64,000 bases of DNA from Sporopachydermia quercuum. Its lineage: Eukaryota. A program made the position numbers and the translations under genes. The notes below the pieces were generated by a model. It was not told the DNA's origin. It was given only the letters and a program-made list of their open reading frames with translations, and searched no databases. This document shows positions 60,681-64,000 of this stretch, piece after piece. Location: assembly GCA_001599295.1 (NCBI GenBank), contig BCGN01000003.1, positions 1,240,001 through 1,304,000 of the forward strand, in the 5' to 3' direction. Position 1 is the first letter of the stretch. Each line of letters starts with the position of its first letter.

Positions 60681-62535
60681 ATGGGTATTGCCGTTGTCGA
60701 CTCATTTTATGCTTCTTTAGGTGAAGCGTTAGGCACCACAAGTGGTCAACTCAGGCTGATGACATGTCTATTTCTATCATATCCTCTATGTGGGACATTG
60801 AAAAGAATACCACCAGGGAAAAAGTATTCCAAGCAATTATTCATAATTGCAGTTGCAGCGTTTTATCTGTTTGTTATTTTGTCGCTATTCAGTGGTATGA
60901 GAACATTACTTATCAGCTCCACATTCACGTACATTGTATCGCGATACTACAAATCTTCATTCATGCCGTGGGTCAATTTACTGTTTCTTATGGGCCATTT
61001 GGCATCAAACCATTTTGCTGCACAGTTTTTCCCTCAGGAGTACAACCCTGATGAAATTGACATTACAGGTACTCAAATGGTGCTAGTCATGAACTTATCT
61101 GCTTATGGTTGGTCTGTTTATGACGGAAGACTCCCTGACTCAGCGCTATCATCGTATCAAAGGGGTAGAGCGATTAAGAAGATTCCAACTGTTATGGAAT
61201 ACTTTTCCTATGTTTTCTTCTTTCCTGCTTTTCTCATTGGTCCCTCAGTGGAATATAACGATTTTGACAAATGGCTCACTTTAGAGATGTTTAATGATGG
61301 TAAACAGAAAATAGGTCAACCTGCTAGAATTCCTAGTAGCATTGGTCCTGCAATGTTCAAATTGTTTCAAGGTATTTTTTGGGTTTATGCATTTTTGAAC
61401 AGCTCGATGCTTGCTTCTTTGGATTTTGCCTTAAGCACTGAGTTCTCCAAGAAAAGCTTTGTCTTCAAGATATTCTATCTATGGGTTCTAGGCTTTGTTT
61501 ATAGATTCAAATACTATGGTGCTTGGTCTATCAGTGAAGGTGCTTGTATACTTTCTGGTTTGGGATATAACGGCAAAGATAGTAAAACTGGTAAGATCAA
61601 ATGGAACAGAGTTCAGAATATTGATATTCTGGCTTTTGAAACTGGTCAAAACTGTCACATATGTTTAGAAGCTTGGAATATGAACACCAATAGATGGCTG
61701 AAGAATTACGTGTATCTTCGTGTGACTCCAAAGGGTAGAAGACCTGGTTTCAGGAGTACACTTATTACTTTCATCACATCAGCATTTTGGCATGGAACTC
61801 GGCCTGGATATTATATGAGTTTTGCTACTGGTGCATTGATTCAAACATGTGGAAGATACTATCGACGACATATACGTCCTATTTTCATGGAAGCAGATAA
61901 AGTCACCCCAGGAGCAAATAAGAAGTATTATGATATAATCAGTTATATTGTCACACAGTTAGCATTTGGCTATTTAGTTCAACCATTTATGATATTAGAT
62001 TTGGGACCCTCGTTGAAACTATGGGCTTCAGTATATGTAAGTGCTGCTTTACTGAATTAGGCTCCTTTGGGCCGTTTCTTTCCTACTTCCTATAGATTGC
62101 TAAAGATTTTTATTTTGGTACTAACAATTTTTCTAGTTCTATGTTCATGTTCTGATGTTTGTCACTATTTATTTATTTAGTGGAGCTCAGAAGAAGAAGA
62201 CAATAGCTTTCCTTGAGAAGTACTACCCGGCTGCAGAACCTTCACCAGCTCAAACAATTAAATCAACTAAACTTGCTGAAGTGCTGAAAGAGAAAGAAGA
62301 TTATGAAAATAGTGAGCAAGTTTTCGGTGTCCCTGCTACTGGCTTCGATGAAATCGGCATGGATGAAGTGGTAGCTGATATAAATGAAGCTAGAAAGGCT
62401 ATACAAGACTGGAAAGAAAGAAGAGGGTCTGTAGCGGAGGAACAAGCTGTGCGAAATGCTTTTACTCAGTTACGTAATGATGTGCAGTCAAGCCTTAAAG
62501 GTGATTCTATTGCACCTGATAAGAAGGAAGATTAG
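60681..62535 (+). CDS. ALE1: MBOAT lysophospholipid acyltransferase; exons 60681-62036 and 62137-62535
   Basis: WNMNTNRWLKNYVYLRV, SAFWHGTRPGYY; intron 62037-62136 (GTAAGT..TACTAAC..TAG) gives SVY|FYVH. Confidence 0.93.
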
Positions 62536-63291
62536 TAATTATCTGTATATACTTGTCAAATGCTTGACTAATGATTATGATAGCCGTGTGCTACGTAGAT
62601 GTAAGCTATGTTACATATAATGGTTGGATGTAAACCTGAAAGTCAACTCCAGTGCAGCTCGAGTTGTTATATTCAGCAGACTATACAATGCTTTTGGTCG
62701 ATATATTACTGTCTTTATAGTAGGAGAGCTCTCTGAATAAACTGCCTTCCAATACAATAATATGATAAGAACACACATGATATAAACTAACTTGCACTTG
62801 AATATGAGTATTACATCCAATCCATGTTTGATCCAAGAGTTCATGTGAATGATGAATTTACTCCAAAAGTATGTAGAAAAGATTTTGGTTCTCTTGATTT
62901 GGGTTCTCAATTAAATTCAGTTCCAAATGCTCGGGGCCAAAGAGTTATATATATTGTGTCCTCTAATATCGCATTCAAATGCATATCGATAGAACAGGCT
63001 ATTATTTCTAACGCTTTGTATATCTATTTATATGTATAGGTAAAACAGTGTCAGTGCCGCAGAGAATACATCTTACATCTTTCTTTTGAGTACATCGTAT
63101 CAAAATGACAAGCGTTCTGGTACTAATTCATTTAACATTAAAAGCTTTCAGAAACCTTTTAATGATGACTCGTTGTTTCTGTTTTCTTATAGAAAAAGCC
63201 AAGTCTGATAGTAGTATGTCTTCTTCTATTCTGCCACATGCTTTCAAAACCCCATTAGTTGCAGTAGCAATCGAAAATAGGCTTATTTCAT

Positions 63292-64000
63292 TCACAGATC
63301 TTCATCCTCATCAAATAGATCCAAATTCACCTGCATTTTTGCTTCCCCATCCCCTCCACTCACACCATCATCAGTACCAAATGAAAATGAACCTCGGGTT
63401 CTCGAGCTTGGATTAAATGTAGTGTTTGCTTCTGGCTTGTACTCCTCTTCCTTTTTCTTCGACAGTTCAGGGTCTTTTACTAGCTCATCTGCATTCAAAG
63501 ACGCTATCGCAAGCATTCCTTTCCGTAAAGCATCTTCAGAAGGCCAAACAAAATTTGGAGGTCCTATAAATGAAGAATCGATCATTGGTGGAACGCTCGA
63601 GAATTTAGATAATCTCGAGGCATATTTCAATATCAATTCAACGTCTAGACCATTCTCTGAGGAGGTTTCAGAATTACCAGCAGTGTCGGTACTTTGATCA
63701 AAATCTTTACCACTGTTGCTATTGCTGTTTCCTGTAAACTCTGAGGCGGATTCTTTTTCGTAATCATCATTGGGTAACTCTCTTAGCTTCCGCCGGCAGT
63801 CAGCTAATGTTAGTATGGCTTCTTGAGTTATTGAATTCAGTCCTTGGTACTTTCCTTCAAGCTGTTTTATTCGTTTTCCTGTTTGCTGATGTTCTATTAG
63901 CTCGTCTACCGATTTGTATAGTTCTTTGTTACATTCGTTGAGTTCATGAGCTAGTTTAACACTGGGATTGAATTTTGATATAGAGAGCACCAGTCCAGCT
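63292..64000 (-). CDS. MED4: Mediator subunit 4 (5' end outside the window)
   Basis: ILKYASRLSKFSSVPP, PPNFVWPSEDALRKGMLA, C-terminal LDLFDEDE; frame open to the window edge. Confidence 0.85.
   Translation of the reverse strand, partial: AGLVLSISKFNPSVKLAHELNECNKELYKSVDELIEHQQTGKRIKQLEGKYQGLNSITQEAILTLADCRRKLRELPNDDYEKESASEFTGNSNSNSGKDFDQSTDTAGNSETSSENGLDVELILKYASRLSKFSSVPPMIDSSFIGPPNFVWPSEDALRKGMLAIASLNADELVKDPELSKKKEEEYKPEANTTFNPSSRTRGSFSFGTDDGVSGGDGEAKMQVNLDLFDEDEDL

Overview
Gene-dense, AT-rich nuclear DNA from a budding yeast (Saccharomycotina). It uses the standard code (CTG falls at conserved Leu positions) and has a fair number of short spliceosomal introns (GTAAGT/GTATGT ... TACTAAC-like ... 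YAG/AAG), which suggests an early-diverging lineage rather than Saccharomyces or the CTG clade. I can support about 25 protein-coding genes: MSS116, a Ref2/PNUTS-like PP1 regulator, Slk19-like, BEM3, LIP5, IDI1, BFR1, a GST, EF-2, PEX4, NCE102, NCA2, a PLP aminotransferase, YAR1, RTP1, MDM12, COQ10, MVP1, RCL1, TAF4, YCS4, HEM15, ALE1 and a partial MED4. Nine of them need splicing that the ORF track misses. The most interesting signals are non-coding. (1) An ORF-free, highly self-complementary ~1 kb segment (~31.1-32.1 kb) has the architecture of a telomerase RNA: a 1.5-repeat template TCCTAACCCTTCCTA predicting the telomere (TTAGGAAGGG)n, a helix abutting the template, long-range closing helices, and a CR4/5 P6.1-like hairpin. 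(2) A putative tandem cluster of box C/D snoRNA-like elements lies just upstream of, and may be spliced into, the Ref2/PNUTS-like gene, whose product family controls snoRNA termination. All RNA calls come from reading the sequence by eye and need computational and experimental confirmation. No tRNA, rRNA, transposon or CRISPR array was seen.
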